From Diplonema japonicum (taxonomy: Eukaryota > Protista > Euglenozoa: Diplonemea): a DNA stretch of 64,000 nt. Of this stretch, positions 12,152 through 22,761 are shown piece after piece. Position 1 is the stretch's first letter, and each line of letters opens with the position of its first letter. The stretch lies in NCBI GenBank assembly GCA_964019335.1, contig OZ025707.1, forward strand, positions 62,001 to 126,000. The letters run 5' to 3'. A program made the position numbers and the translations under genes. A model generated the notes under the pieces. That model saw only the letters and a program-made list of their open reading frames with translations, made no database searches and had not been told where the DNA came from.

Positions 12152-13477
12152 ATGTTTCTATGGACTGTCACTATAATATGCATTGTGCTCTGGACCACGA
12201 AATGGTTTCGGATGAAAATACTGAGGATCTTGCTGAGGGCCAACCAAGGAAGCGACGTTCTGAAAGGCGGGCTCGTTATGGCGCGCTGGCTGACGATTGG
12301 GATGTCCGGCGAAGAGGTGGACAAATGCCTACCTAGCGTGGTGCTAACTACCGCGAGTTTGAAGGGCATCCCTGCCAACCGACAAGATCTGATAACCGAG
12401 GTCAAGGACATCTCTAAAAACCCGGAAAAATACCCAATCCAGGACACACGAAATGCTGCTGAGGTAAGATGCACCATTCAGGGCGACCTCCTGCAAATAT
12501 GCGCTGCTGTCATTGAACGCTGCATATCGACGCACTCCCTCCCACCGAGGTACGGCACACTTAAGAACAAAGCAGTCGCATCCACCTACCACATCCGCTC
12601 CCTGTTCCAACCTGCCGGGCACTTTCTCTTCCTGTACCACAGTACCCCGTACAAACTCCCCATCATACCTTACGGGCGGTACCTGCCTGTGCTGAAAGAA
12701 CTTCGAGCATCACCCTCGAACACTCATGTAAAGCCCGAAGACAAAGAAGACTGCATGTTTACCATATGTCTGGGCGAGCAATGCACACCACCTTCAAATA
12801 TGTTGTCGTGCCACGTTGGCAGCACAGGTGTGGTGTTCACATACGGAAGCAGTGTGGGGTTGGCCTGGCTAGCCTCAGGTGTTCCAGGCATCACTGCCCC
12901 ATGGCATGCGGGGTGCTGTGTTGTGATGGAAACCAGCGTGCTGCGGGGTGTCTTTGCGGAGATTGGGTCGCTGTGCCATGTGATGTGCATTGCTGCTGCT
13001 TACTTGTTGCAAGGCAAGCTCGAGATGACGGTGGACTTGATCGAGCTCAAGCTGTTCAGAGGCGGTTTGTCTGAGTGTGTCTTCACAGCCGAAGAGGCTG
13101 TGCTGTATAATGTGATGGTCTTTCTTGACAAGAATGTGACGAAGAGTGAAAGGAAAACGGCGCTTGTGTCAGCTTGCCAGCACCACCGACGGTGTGTGGA
13201 GTGTGCTTTGACGAGCCTTTCCGCAACTCTCATGCACCCTTCGCAGCTTCCTGCTAAGCTCATCACACGGCACCTCGAGACGAGCTGTCCGTTGTCCTGT
13301 TCAATACCAGCACCAACACCCCCTTCTAGCTCGAGCTGTTGTTACACAGTCTCACCGACGCACACCACGTTCACCATCACCTCGCGGGAGTCTTTCACAA
13401 TGACAGAACAGCAGCACCAGAATGCATTCAAGGAGGCACTTCAGTCCCTTCTGCAGGATGCTCTCTGCGTTTCTTAA
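12152..13477 (+). CDS. Hypothetical protein (441 aa)
   Basis: Long ORF bounded by homopolymer spacers. No recognisable motif. The start is uncertain. Confidence 0.55.
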   Translation: MFLWTVTIICIVLWTTKWFRMKILRILLRANQGSDVLKGGLVMARWLTIGMSGEEVDKCLPSVVLTTASLKGIPANRQDLITEVKDISKNPEKYPIQDTRNAAEVRCTIQGDLLQICAAVIERCISTHSLPPRYGTLKNKAVASTYHIRSLFQPAGHFLFLYHSTPYKLPIIPYGRYLPVLKELRASPSNTHVKPEDKEDCMFTICLGEQCTPPSNMLSCHVGSTGVVFTYGSSVGLAWLASGVPGITAPWHAGCCVVMETSVLRGVFAEIGSLCHVMCIAAAYLLQGKLEMTVDLIELKLFRGGLSECVFTAEEAVLYNVMVFLDKNVTKSERKTALVSACQHHRRCVECALTSLSATLMHPSQLPAKLITRHLETSCPLSCSIPAPTPPSSSSCCYTVSPTHTTFTITSRESFTMTEQQHQNAFKEALQSLLQDALCVS

Positions 13478-13587
13478 TCTCTTTCTTAATTATGTTTTTT
13501 TTCTTTTTTTTTTTTCCCCTTCTTTGCGCATGTGTTTCATTTGGCAGCCCCCCTCCCACCACCACCCCAGGTTTAAAACACGAAACA

Positions 13588-14343
13588 ATGACGGAGACAA
13601 TTGTGAGCAAGCTTGGGAAGACGTATCCGAAGCACACCATTATGAGGAAGGAAAAGTCGCTGCTGGCGAAGATAAACACGGTGAAGCGTGCTGGGGGGAA
13701 CGCAATGTGTGCCGAGTGTGGTGATGTGCAGTCCGGGTGGGCAAGCGTGACTTTGGGCGTGTTCGTGTGCACACAGTGCTCGCAGATCCACAGGGGCCTG
13801 GGGGCACACATATCCAAGGTGAAGTCATGCATGGGGACGTACATATGGTGCCCGGATGAGATCGAAGCCATGGAGCGGATGGGGAACGACAAGGCTCGTC
13901 TTGTGTACTGCCATGCCGAAGGAGCCCCTCCCGCGGCACCCCGTAGTTTCCAGGAACTGGAGATCATCGCCAGGAACAAGTACGACAAGAAGAAATGGCA
14001 CCGCGCTGGTGGGTGGGAGCAATTGTTCAAAGAGCAGAATAAGCAGGAAGTGAAACCCGTGGAGACATTGTCAGCACCTCAACCTGCTCCAGCACCTCAA
14101 CCTGTTCCAGCACCTCAACCCACGCCAGCACCCCTCGCTTCGGGCTTCGAGTTCATCAATGAACCCCCACAGCCCACAGTGGACAATACGCAGCAACCTG
14201 ATTTCCTCGACCAGCTTTTTTCGTTTCCTGATGTGTCTCCTCCCGCCCCTGTGCCAACATTGCCCGAGCCAGCTGCGCCTCCGCCGGTTAGGGAAACTGT
14301 CGACTTCATTGCGATGATAGGCTCGCACTCGGCTATAAAATGA
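13588..14343 (+). CDS. ArfGAP domain protein with a Pro-rich tail
   Basis: GNAMCAECG…WASVTLGVFVCTQCSQIHRGLGAHISKVKS is the ArfGAP Cx2Cx16Cx2C zinc finger with the arginine finger. Confidence 0.93.
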   Translation: MTETIVSKLGKTYPKHTIMRKEKSLLAKINTVKRAGGNAMCAECGDVQSGWASVTLGVFVCTQCSQIHRGLGAHISKVKSCMGTYIWCPDEIEAMERMGNDKARLVYCHAEGAPPAAPRSFQELEIIARNKYDKKKWHRAGGWEQLFKEQNKQEVKPVETLSAPQPAPAPQPVPAPQPTPAPLASGFEFINEPPQPTVDNTQQPDFLDQLFSFPDVSPPAPVPTLPEPAAPPPVRETVDFIAMIGSHSAIK

Positions 14344-14553
14344 AAACGAGTCACCGGGAAAAAAAAAAAATGGGGAAAAAAAACGACACAAAGGGGGAAC
14401 GCGGTAATTAAGCACAGCTAGCTACCTTTTTCTTGCCAAAATATGTGCTTTTTATCCAGTCTCCCCCCCCCCCCCCCCCCCCAAGTCTTATTAGCACAGC
14501 TTCGCAATTATTTCCCCCTTTTACCCTTTCAGGTGACACATGTGGTGCATGGA

Positions 14554-17520
14554 ATGGATGAGGCACCGAAGAGCACGTTGGAGCGCGCAACATCGCTAGT
14601 TACACACGGCAGTGGTTTAAAACTGCGCCGGCAGAGTTTCGGGAAGCCGAATGTACTGTGCAGGGGATGCATCGCACTGATGGGGAACAATCAGAATGCG
14701 GATGTTTTGATAGAGCACCACCCGCTAGTGGTGGATCTCGAGGGAAAGATCACCGAGTGGGAACGGAAGGCCCAACAGTGGGAGCTCTCTCGAAACCTGC
14801 TGCTGGGCAAGCTACGCATGAAGAAAGACACCCTGGCGTACATCCGGGGCACGCTTTACAAGGAGATTCTTCAACTGAAGGAGCACTTGTTTATGTACCA
14901 ATCGCAGACGGTACCCGAACTGGCCAATGATTTCACATTCTTCGATATCAACCGTTTGATGGAAGGCAACGAGAACAGCGAGCACGAGGAATTTGAAAAG
15001 CTCGCTTCCCTCCTACGGAGCGAGCACAACGCCGAGAAAGACAGACTGCGAAGTAGTTACGAGCTGCAAGTATCGGACAAAGTGCAGATCATCCATGACC
15101 TCGAGAGGAGCATCTCAACCTACGGCGCAAAACTGCAAGAGAAAGACGCCAAACGACACGAACTAGAGGCGGAGTTCCAAAAGTACAAAGCAGCATCCGT
15201 GCACGCCACTGCGGCTCTGAACGCAACCCACGCTACTGAGCTTGAAGAACTGCACACATCTCATTGCAGTGTTGTTGATGAACTGCAAATACAGGCCAAG
15301 ACACAGCGCGTTGATATTCAAGAACGGGACTTAACCATCGACGGCCTGCATCGATCCCTCGAGACAGAGAGGAGCAAGTCCGAGGAACGTGCGTCGTTGC
15401 TGCAAAGCATAGCGGAGTTGAAGGTGGAGAACATAAAGAACCTCAAGGAGCAATCCGAAGCACACGCGCAGAGCACGAAGGACCTCACCGCCATGATCGA
15501 GAAGCTGACCGCGGCGAACGAACAACAAACCGACGAGCTGTCTGTTTCCACACGCGAGACCGCAAAACTTCAAACGGAAGTACAGAAACTGGAGGCGTTA
15601 CTCCAAGCCGCGGAACAATTGCAAGCACAGAAGGCACCTGCGACCCAGTTCTGGAAGTCAGCTTCTGCAGCAAAGCAGGAAATGAACCTTGACCAAATAT
15701 TGGACACAGAAATAGAAAGGGATGAAGCTCTTGCGGAAGTTGCACGGTGCAACATGAAATGCGAGGAATTACGCACAGCAGAAGCGGAGCGGGCGACGGA
15801 GGTTGTTTTTCTCGAGCGGGACATCAGCGCGTTGCAGCAGCAGGTCTCGATTCTGATCAAGAAGAACGAAGAGGAAACCGCCACCCTCACGGCGAAGGCC
15901 GCCACCCTCGAACACGAACTAGACATGAAGAACAAGCGCGAGAAGCTCTTCACACACTACACCGAGACAGCCGTCGACGTCGTCGACAAGATGGACGCCC
16001 TTGTGAACGATGCCAAAGCTGACAAGGGCAAGAAGTGGAAGCATCTGAGCCTCATCGAGTCTACTCTGGGAAACATCAAGTCCGTGCAACGGCAACTGAA
16101 ACTCAAATTCGAACAAAGCGGCCTTAAGACCGTGCAGCTTTCCGACCCGCATGCCAAGGGCAGGGACGAGCTGGTCATCCGGCTCAACACACCTGTCCCA
16201 AGGATCCCCGTGGACATCAGCGACAGTGAAGAGGAACCCGACTGCCAGGACATTGTTCACACAACAGACGCCGCGTGCCAAGCAAGCTTTACAATACCTC
16301 ATGGACCTGCTGCGACGGTTGGCAAACAAACGCAGACACCACCGATGGTCGAAACGCCTCATGACCTGTCGGGGCCGCCGTCTGAAGAGATGAACAGCAG
16401 CGTGTCAACACCACGCCTGCACGTACCACGCACACCAGTGGTCTTCTCGAGCCCCGTGGTGCATAAGCTGAGCATGAGTGCTTCTTATGGAATGGTGGGG
16501 AAGGAGGCAGTGGTGGCGGACAATGTGTCGCTGAGCAACTTCGATGCACACCAGTTGTACAGAGGAAACAGGCAGCCTACTTTTTCGCAGCTCACACCAC
16601 CTCCTTCGAAGCCTGTGGCGGAGCTTCTACTAGCGCTGGCCACGCTGGGCAGCCCAGAAGAGATCGCCAGACGGTTCCACAAGGACAACTGTGCAGCGAG
16701 GCAGATGAAGCTAAGACCGTTGACACCGTCGCCGTTTGACGAGAGGGACGATGGGCTGCTAGCTGCGGTGGACAAACAGTGGGGCGCAGGGGAAGGTGTG
16801 TGGAGCACGCTGGAGAAAGAGACCGCAGACATGACAGTGTGGGAGCTGCTCGAATCGCGAATCTACTCACTGCTAGAATACATCGCACAGAGAAAAGTAA
16901 CAGAGCCATCAGAGGAAGGCGACATTGCAGGCGAGAAAGAACACGACAGGAGGAGCACAGCTGTTGCCCACAGCTATCTGTTCGACTGCGGCATCGCGGC
17001 AAAGGATGTAGTCTTCACCGAACCGCAGAAGGCTGCACAGTTCGAGAAGGGACGGGCAGGCGGTTCTGTACCGACCCACAGACAAAGGCGGGGCAAGGCC
17101 ACTGCACCGGTACCCCCCTCACAGCAAGAAGCGTCATTCGTGGTAGAAGGGCAGTGCTTGGAGACAAATTCATATGATGAAGCTGTCAGACATTTCTCTG
17201 AGTCGGTCGAACCCCCTAAGACGCAACAGCACACTTATTCAGAGTTCCGCATGCTGAAGATGAAGCAACTCGAGAGACTACACCACCTGGTTGCGACCCA
17301 CCCTCCACCTACTCTAACCCTCACGTCAGTCCACAAGGAGCCTGTTGAGAAGGCTCACGTGGAGAAACTGATCTTCAACCCGCTGGAGGTGGACACAGAT
17401 CCCATAAAAAGAGGATTCAGCACACCCAAGGTGCTCAAGGCCATGCCGCACTCTCATAAGATTGCTATGTATAACCATTTACCCAGACCGGGATCGGCAC
17501 CGGCTTTCAGAAAAACATGA
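14554..17520 (+). CDS. Hypothetical coiled-coil protein
   Basis: ORF of about 990 aa with an E/K/Q/L-rich N-terminal half. Confidence 0.7.
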   Translation: MDEAPKSTLERATSLVTHGSGLKLRRQSFGKPNVLCRGCIALMGNNQNADVLIEHHPLVVDLEGKITEWERKAQQWELSRNLLLGKLRMKKDTLAYIRGTLYKEILQLKEHLFMYQSQTVPELANDFTFFDINRLMEGNENSEHEEFEKLASLLRSEHNAEKDRLRSSYELQVSDKVQIIHDLERSISTYGAKLQEKDAKRHELEAEFQKYKAASVHATAALNATHATELEELHTSHCSVVDELQIQAKTQRVDIQERDLTIDGLHRSLETERSKSEERASLLQSIAELKVENIKNLKEQSEAHAQSTKDLTAMIEKLTAANEQQTDELSVSTRETAKLQTEVQKLEALLQAAEQLQAQKAPATQFWKSASAAKQEMNLDQILDTEIERDEALAEVARCNMKCEELRTAEAERATEVVFLERDISALQQQVSILIKKNEEETATLTAKAATLEHELDMKNKREKLFTHYTETAVDVVDKMDALVNDAKADKGKKWKHLSLIESTLGNIKSVQRQLKLKFEQSGLKTVQLSDPHAKGRDELVIRLNTPVPRIPVDISDSEEEPDCQDIVHTTDAACQASFTIPHGPAATVGKQTQTPPMVETPHDLSGPPSEEMNSSVSTPRLHVPRTPVVFSSPVVHKLSMSASYGMVGKEAVVADNVSLSNFDAHQLYRGNRQPTFSQLTPPPSKPVAELLLALATLGSPEEIARRFHKDNCAARQMKLRPLTPSPFDERDDGLLAAVDKQWGAGEGVWSTLEKETADMTVWELLESRIYSLLEYIAQRKVTEPSEEGDIAGEKEHDRRSTAVAHSYLFDCGIAAKDVVFTEPQKAAQFEKGRAGGSVPTHRQRRGKATAPVPPSQQEASFVVEGQCLETNSYDEAVRHFSESVEPPKTQQHTYSEFRMLKMKQLERLHHLVATHPPPTLTLTSVHKEPVEKAHVEKLIFNPLEVDTDPIKRGFSTPKVLKAMPHSHKIAMYNHLPRPGSAPAFRKT

Positions 17521-17622
17521 TTTCTCCCCTACCCACCCTTACTATATATTCTTGGTTTTTTTTTTGTTTTTGTTTTTTTTTTTTATGTAGTTCCCTCCCC
17601 CATCACGTCCCCCCCGAAGGGA

Positions 17623-17829
17623 ATGGAGGAAGTGCAATCTCTCGTAGATGAGCTGAATAGCAGAGCAGAGGAAATTAAGGAGAGGCAGTTGTCCCCTTCC
17701 GGTGGGATATGGGCTGGTGTTCAAAATATCTGTGAGGACACGGAGAACTTGTATAGCCCTGCAATGAGAGCGGACTCGGTTTTCAGCGATGTTTCGTCAC
17801 CACTGATGCGGGAGTTCGACAGGGCGTGA
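17623..17829 (+). CDS. Small hypothetical protein (68 aa)
   Basis: Complex-sequence ORF between two homopolymer spacers, on the same strand as its neighbours. Confidence 0.4.
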   Translation: MEEVQSLVDELNSRAEEIKERQLSPSGGIWAGVQNICEDTENLYSPAMRADSVFSDVSSPLMREFDRA

Positions 17830-17977
17830 AGGAGAGTATTCTTTTATACTTTTTTTTTTTTTTTCTTTTCGAAAGACTCCCACCCCCCCCTTTTTTTTAA
17901 AAAAAAAGCAGGGACCTCCTTACACACCACCTTTTTTTGAAAGGGGGAGAAAAAAAAAAGTTTTAAAAATTAACGGC

Positions 17978-18953
17978 ATGGCAGGGCTCGGCTTGGGGAT
18001 GGGTGGTCCCTCCCCAGGAGCGGATTCACCCGCGGTTGATACTTCTGAAATGGTACACATCTCGGCCTTGGCGTTGTTGAAGGTATTGCAAAAAAAAAAA
18101 AAAAAAAATTACAGATGCTTAAGCACGCACGGGCTGGAGTTCCCATGGAAGTGATGGGTCTCATGCTTGGCGAGTTTGTGGACGATTACACAGTTCGTGT
18201 CATCGATGTTTACAGCATGCCGCAGTCGGGTAACTCGGTGAGTGTCGAGGCAGTGGACCCAGTTTTCCAGCAGAAAATGTTGGAAATGCTCGGGCAGGTC
18301 GGCAGGGCGGAGAACTGTGTAGGGTGGTACCACAGCCATCCTGGGTTCGGGTGCTGGCTGTCGTCAGTCGATGTAAGCACGGCACAGTCCTTCGAGTCTT
18401 CCACTCCACAGCAAAGAGGTGTATCTGTGGTGGTGGACCCTATTCAATCCGTGACTGGAAAGGTACAAAAAAAAAAAAAACTCACATCACAAAACAGGTT
18501 GTTCTCTCTGCCTTCCGTACGATCAACATGCAGCAGTCGATAATGGGGATTGAGCCTAGGCAGACTACTTCTAATGTAGGGTGGTTGGATAAGCCATCGA
18601 CGCAGACTTTGATGCGCGGGCTGAATAGAAATTACTACCAACTCCCGTGTTCGTACAGAAAGAACGAGGCGGAGATTAGAATGCTGTTGAAAGTGTACGA
18701 GAAGGGTTGGGAGAGCGGGCTTCAGCTGCAGGCGCCTGCGCAGAATAAGAAGGAAAATATACAGACGGTCCAGACGCTGAAGAAGCTTTGTAAGGAGTAC
18801 GAGAAGATGGTAACCACCGGGCTGGACGCCGACGAGGTGGCGAATGTGGGGAAGCTCAACGCAAAGCACCACGTTGAGATGGAGGTTGAGAGCCTCATGA
18901 ACAGAAATGTTGACCAAGTGCTGTCGACCATGATTGCGGCAGTTGTTTTTTAG
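17978..18953 (+). CDS. RPN11: 26S proteasome lid deubiquitinase Rpn11/PSMD14 (exons 17978-18082, 18115-18462, 18498-18953)
   Basis: [16 protein letters not shown]|[19 protein letters not shown], the JAMM motif [17 protein letters not shown], and [10 protein letters not shown]|VVLSAFR. Two A-rich introns of 32 and 35 nt restore the frame. Confidence 0.97.
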
Positions 18954-19358
18954 AGAAGGGGAAAAAAAAAAAAAGAGAAAAAAAAATACCCCCCTTTTTT
19001 TTGAGTGTTCTTTTTTCTTGGGACAATAAGATATGGCTAAGAAGGGGGAGGGGGGGGGGGGGGGGAGGATGAAAAACACCTAACCTTTTTATTTTTTATT
19101 TTTTTAACATTCTTCAAGAAAAAAAGGTAAGGGGGGGAGGAAGAAAAAAAGGGGGGGGGGTGCTGATCTATTATTTTTTGACTAGAGTTTTCTTATTTTT
19201 TGTCTTTTTTTTTCCCCCCCCTTCTTTTTTTTTAATAATAACAACTACCCCTACCCCCTTCCAGAAAAAAAAATGTTTTTTTTTTCTCTTTTTTTTCTTT
19301 TGGACCAAAAAAAAAAAAAAACACAAAAAAAAAGAAGGGGGGAGAGGGGAGGTGAAAA

Positions 19359-20374
19359 ATGAATGAAGAAGAAGGCTTGCCCCCTGTGCCTCCGGGCTTT
19401 GTATTGAGTGAAAAGGCAAAGGAAGAGCGCCCGCCGTCTGCACTGCACAAACTGGGTAGGGCAAAACTTTGGAACGATGAAAAAAGCTACGGGTTTATCT
19501 CTGTTGCGAATGGCATAGATGTCTTTTGCCATGCAAAGCCCAACAATGGCGCTTCTCTAATAGTGGGCAAGGACGTTTGGTATACTGTGGGCACGCAGCC
19601 TAATGGTGGGGTTTGGGCTCTTGATATTGCAGGCCCGGGGGTTTGTCGTGATCCCGCACCTACCACAGCCACACCAGTAGCTCCCGAGGCACCCCTTCCC
19701 ACAGGCCCTGGCCATCACGGAAAGGTGAAATCTTGGTACCCTGAAAAATCATTTGGCTTCATCTTGCATGACGATGGACGGGACGTGTTCTGTCATTCTA
19801 AGGTATTTTGAAAAATAGCTATTTATTGCCAACAAATTATGAGTCATTATTTAACTCGAGTTCCTGAATTTTTTGCACGAGGGCCCTGCGGGCCCTCGTG
19901 CAAAAAAACGGCAACGAGAGTTAAATAATGGCTCATTTGGCGGCAAGTAAGTCGTTTTATTTTACTCTTCGTCATTTGAGTCACTCACTCTTCACTGCTT
20001 TCACTGCTGTTTTTTTTTTCACGCAAGTCAGCCTTTTTGGGATTTTCCTAAGGTAATATGGGGGGGGGGGGGGGGGGGGGTTGCTATTTCGCCGTGGCAT
20101 TTAAAGGGGAAGTAAAGCACTTATTTCCACTTTTAAGGGCTGGAATGGCCTCAGATGGCCAAAAATAGTCAAAATACCCCGTCCCCCAAAAAGATTTTCA
20201 AGGGGTTAGGACATTTTTTTCCACGACAAGACCCATTTTTTCACTCTGAAGCCCCATAATTTAACTCCAAGGTCTCATAATTTAACTCGAAAATCTCATA
20301 ATTTAACTAGTTAAATTATGGCCGTTTCGCGTTAAATTATGAGGCCCCTAGTGGGAAGAAAATGACGAAGAGTG

Positions 20375-20409
<35 letters not shown>

Positions 20410-20644
20410 ATCTCGCACGGTTCGTTGCTGGTGGGGAAAGATGTTCTCTTTTCAGTTGAGTACCAGCAAAATGGGAAACAATGGTATGGGAAAAATTTAA
20501 AAAAAAAAAAAAAGAAAAAAAAAAAAAAAAAGGGCAACAAACTGTGAGGGTCCAGGGTACATGCCCCGCGTGGACAGCGCAATGGCAGGGACACCTGGGG
20601 TGGGGAGTGACCCTTATGGATACGGGCAATATGGTATTGTGCTC

Positions 20645-20675
<31 letters not shown>

Positions 20676-21019
20676 TACCCACCACAGCTGCGGCATATGG
20701 CAGCTACTACCCATATGGGTATGGCGATGTTGGGATGGGGTATTGGGGGCAATACCCGATGATGGCGCACGGTGCTGCTCCTGCTCCTGTTCCTGCCGCC
20801 CCTGCTCCGATCGCCACCACATCCACTGCCACAACAACTACAACTACACCTCACGTCTCCGACAGCCCGGCAGCGGAGGAAACAGCTTCCGACCCTCCTG
20901 CCGCTCCTGCTCCTGCTCCTGCTCCTGCTGCCTCCGGTGTTCCGACAGAACAAAAGCCGATGCGAAGACGACGTGGGTTTGACGACATGGGCCCTAAGGA
21001 AACCTACACACCTTACTGA
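19359..21019 (+). CDS. Tandem cold-shock-domain protein with a Tyr/Gly/Pro-rich tail (exons 19359-19802, 20407-20483, 20533-20633, 20688-21019)
   Basis: Two CSDs: AKLWNDEKSYGFI…DVFCH and GKVKSWYPEKSFGFI…DVFCHSK|AISHGSLLVGKDV. The second CSD parallels the first only after splicing out 19803-20406. Confidence 0.85.
19811..20374 (-). mobile_element. Non-autonomous hairpin-ended element (putative Crypton-like/YR partner) inside CSD-gene intron 1
   Basis: A ~128-bp imperfect hairpin at 19823-19950 has an 18-bp perfect core. A 14-bp inverted repeat lies at 19964-19977/20360-20373, and CATAATTTAACT repeats lie at 20255-20341. Its flank motifs are shared with the YR element at 62763. It is embedded in an A-tract and expands an otherwise tiny intron to 604 nt. 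Confidence 0.75.
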
Positions 21020-21121
21020 CAGTTTATAAAGCAACAAAAAAAAAAAAAAAAAGAAGGGGGTGAAACTGGGGTGGAAAAAAATAGGGGGACGAACAAAAAA
21101 AAAAAAAAAAAAAGTGTGTAC

Positions 21122-21161
<40 letters not shown>

Positions 21162-21227
21162 TTTCGGGAAAAAAAAAAAAATCCAGACAGGGGGACGAGG
21201 TTGAATCAAAAAAAAAAAAAAAAAAAA

Positions 21228-22583
21228 ATGTTGAAGTTAAAATTCAGAAAGCCGATCGAGGCAGCCATGTCAACGTATCTCGACTGGAAGTACGGCGCGA
21301 GGGGGAAGGGCAAGCAAACCGTGAAGAAGAGCCACGCTGCCGCCCTGTCACACTGGCCGCTAATGCAGCCGTATTCAAAAGGGAACCTCAACCTCCAACA
21401 CCGGATAGTGGCCTCGGGGATAACACGAATGCGTTCCAAGCAAAATGGCGAACTGTCTTCGCTCAACCAAAAATGGTACAAACAACGAATGTCAGAAGGA
21501 GGCCTCATGGTAACTGAGTCCATGTCAATTTCACCAGATGGCAATCTCGGGCCAAGAATCCCATGTGCTTATGATGACATACACCTTGACGGATTATCCG
21601 CTTTAGCCAAGGAGGCGAAAGAAAATAAAACCGAACTCGTGGCGTCGATGTTTCACTGTGGTCGGTCCTGTCCGAGCACGCACAGGCCGTTATCACCATC
21701 AGGTGTTCAAATCTTGATGAAACCGCCAGAAGGATGGTCACCAGCTAATTTCGCACCACCTCCAGGTGACATCCCAGAACGCTGTGTCACAATGGACACA
21801 GCAGATTTCATTGACCTCAAGAAGCAATACAAAAGGTCAGCAGAGCTTTTGAAAAAAGCAGGCTTCACACGAGTTAATGTGGGCATAGGAGGTGGGGGCT
21901 TGCTGAATAATTTCATGAACGCATCGCAGAATCTCAGAACGGACAAGTACGGTGGGTCTCCCACAAAACGAACAAGATTTCCTCTTGAAATCATTTCAGA
22001 AGTCTCCTCTGTCTTCGGTGCTGAGAACGTTGGAGTTACCGCCTTCCTCGGGTACAACCTAGATGGAACGATTGACAGTTATGAAACAGAACGCCCTGCC
22101 TACCTCGCACTTTTGAAAGAGCTGTCCGATATGAAGATATCGTACTTCTCGTACTGGCCGAAGTGGAAGGACGCCGTTGGGCCTGCTGACGACATTTACT
22201 GCAAATTCGCGGAACATCAAGACAGCTTCATGAAAGAAATCAGAGAGACTTTTACAGGCACTGTGATCCGGTCAGGTTATGGCCCGGAACTGGAACTTGC
22301 TGCAAAAGCTGTCGCTGAGGTTTGAGGAAAAAAAAAAAAAAAAAAAAAAAAAAAGGGTGAGATCGATCTTGTGGGAGTTGGAAGGACTTTTATCTGTGTT
22401 CCCGACCTGCCCAATAGGCTACGGCACGGCGCGTCATTTGAAAACAATCTCAGAGCAGCCTCGAGGACGGATCTTCGGATCAACGCTGCGATGCCGTCGG
22501 ACGAGGACGCGGACGCCAAAGGGTACATCGATTGGCTCCCCGCCGACCTTCCCGACGAACCGCCATTAGTAATCGAACTCTAG
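21228..22583 (+). CDS. Old Yellow Enzyme / NADH:flavin oxidoreductase-like protein (exons 21228-22319, 22356-22583)
   Basis: LNLQHRIVASGITRMRS, WYKQRMSEGGLMVTE, MFHCGR, NLRTDKYGGS…RTRFPLEI and GEIDLVGVGRTFICVPDLP. A 36-nt intron lies at 22320-22355. Confidence 0.88.
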
Positions 22584-22761
22584 AAAACGTTTAGAAAAAA
22601 AAAAAAAAAAAAGAAAAAAAAAGAGGGAAAAAAAAAAAATACTGGGCTCTGCTGAGTTCATAACATGTTCTCCTTCCTTACCCCCTCCTTTCTTTTTTTT
22701 TTTTTTTTTTGCTTTTTTCTTAAATCCCACAAGGTACACGGGAAAAAAAAAAAAAAAAGAA

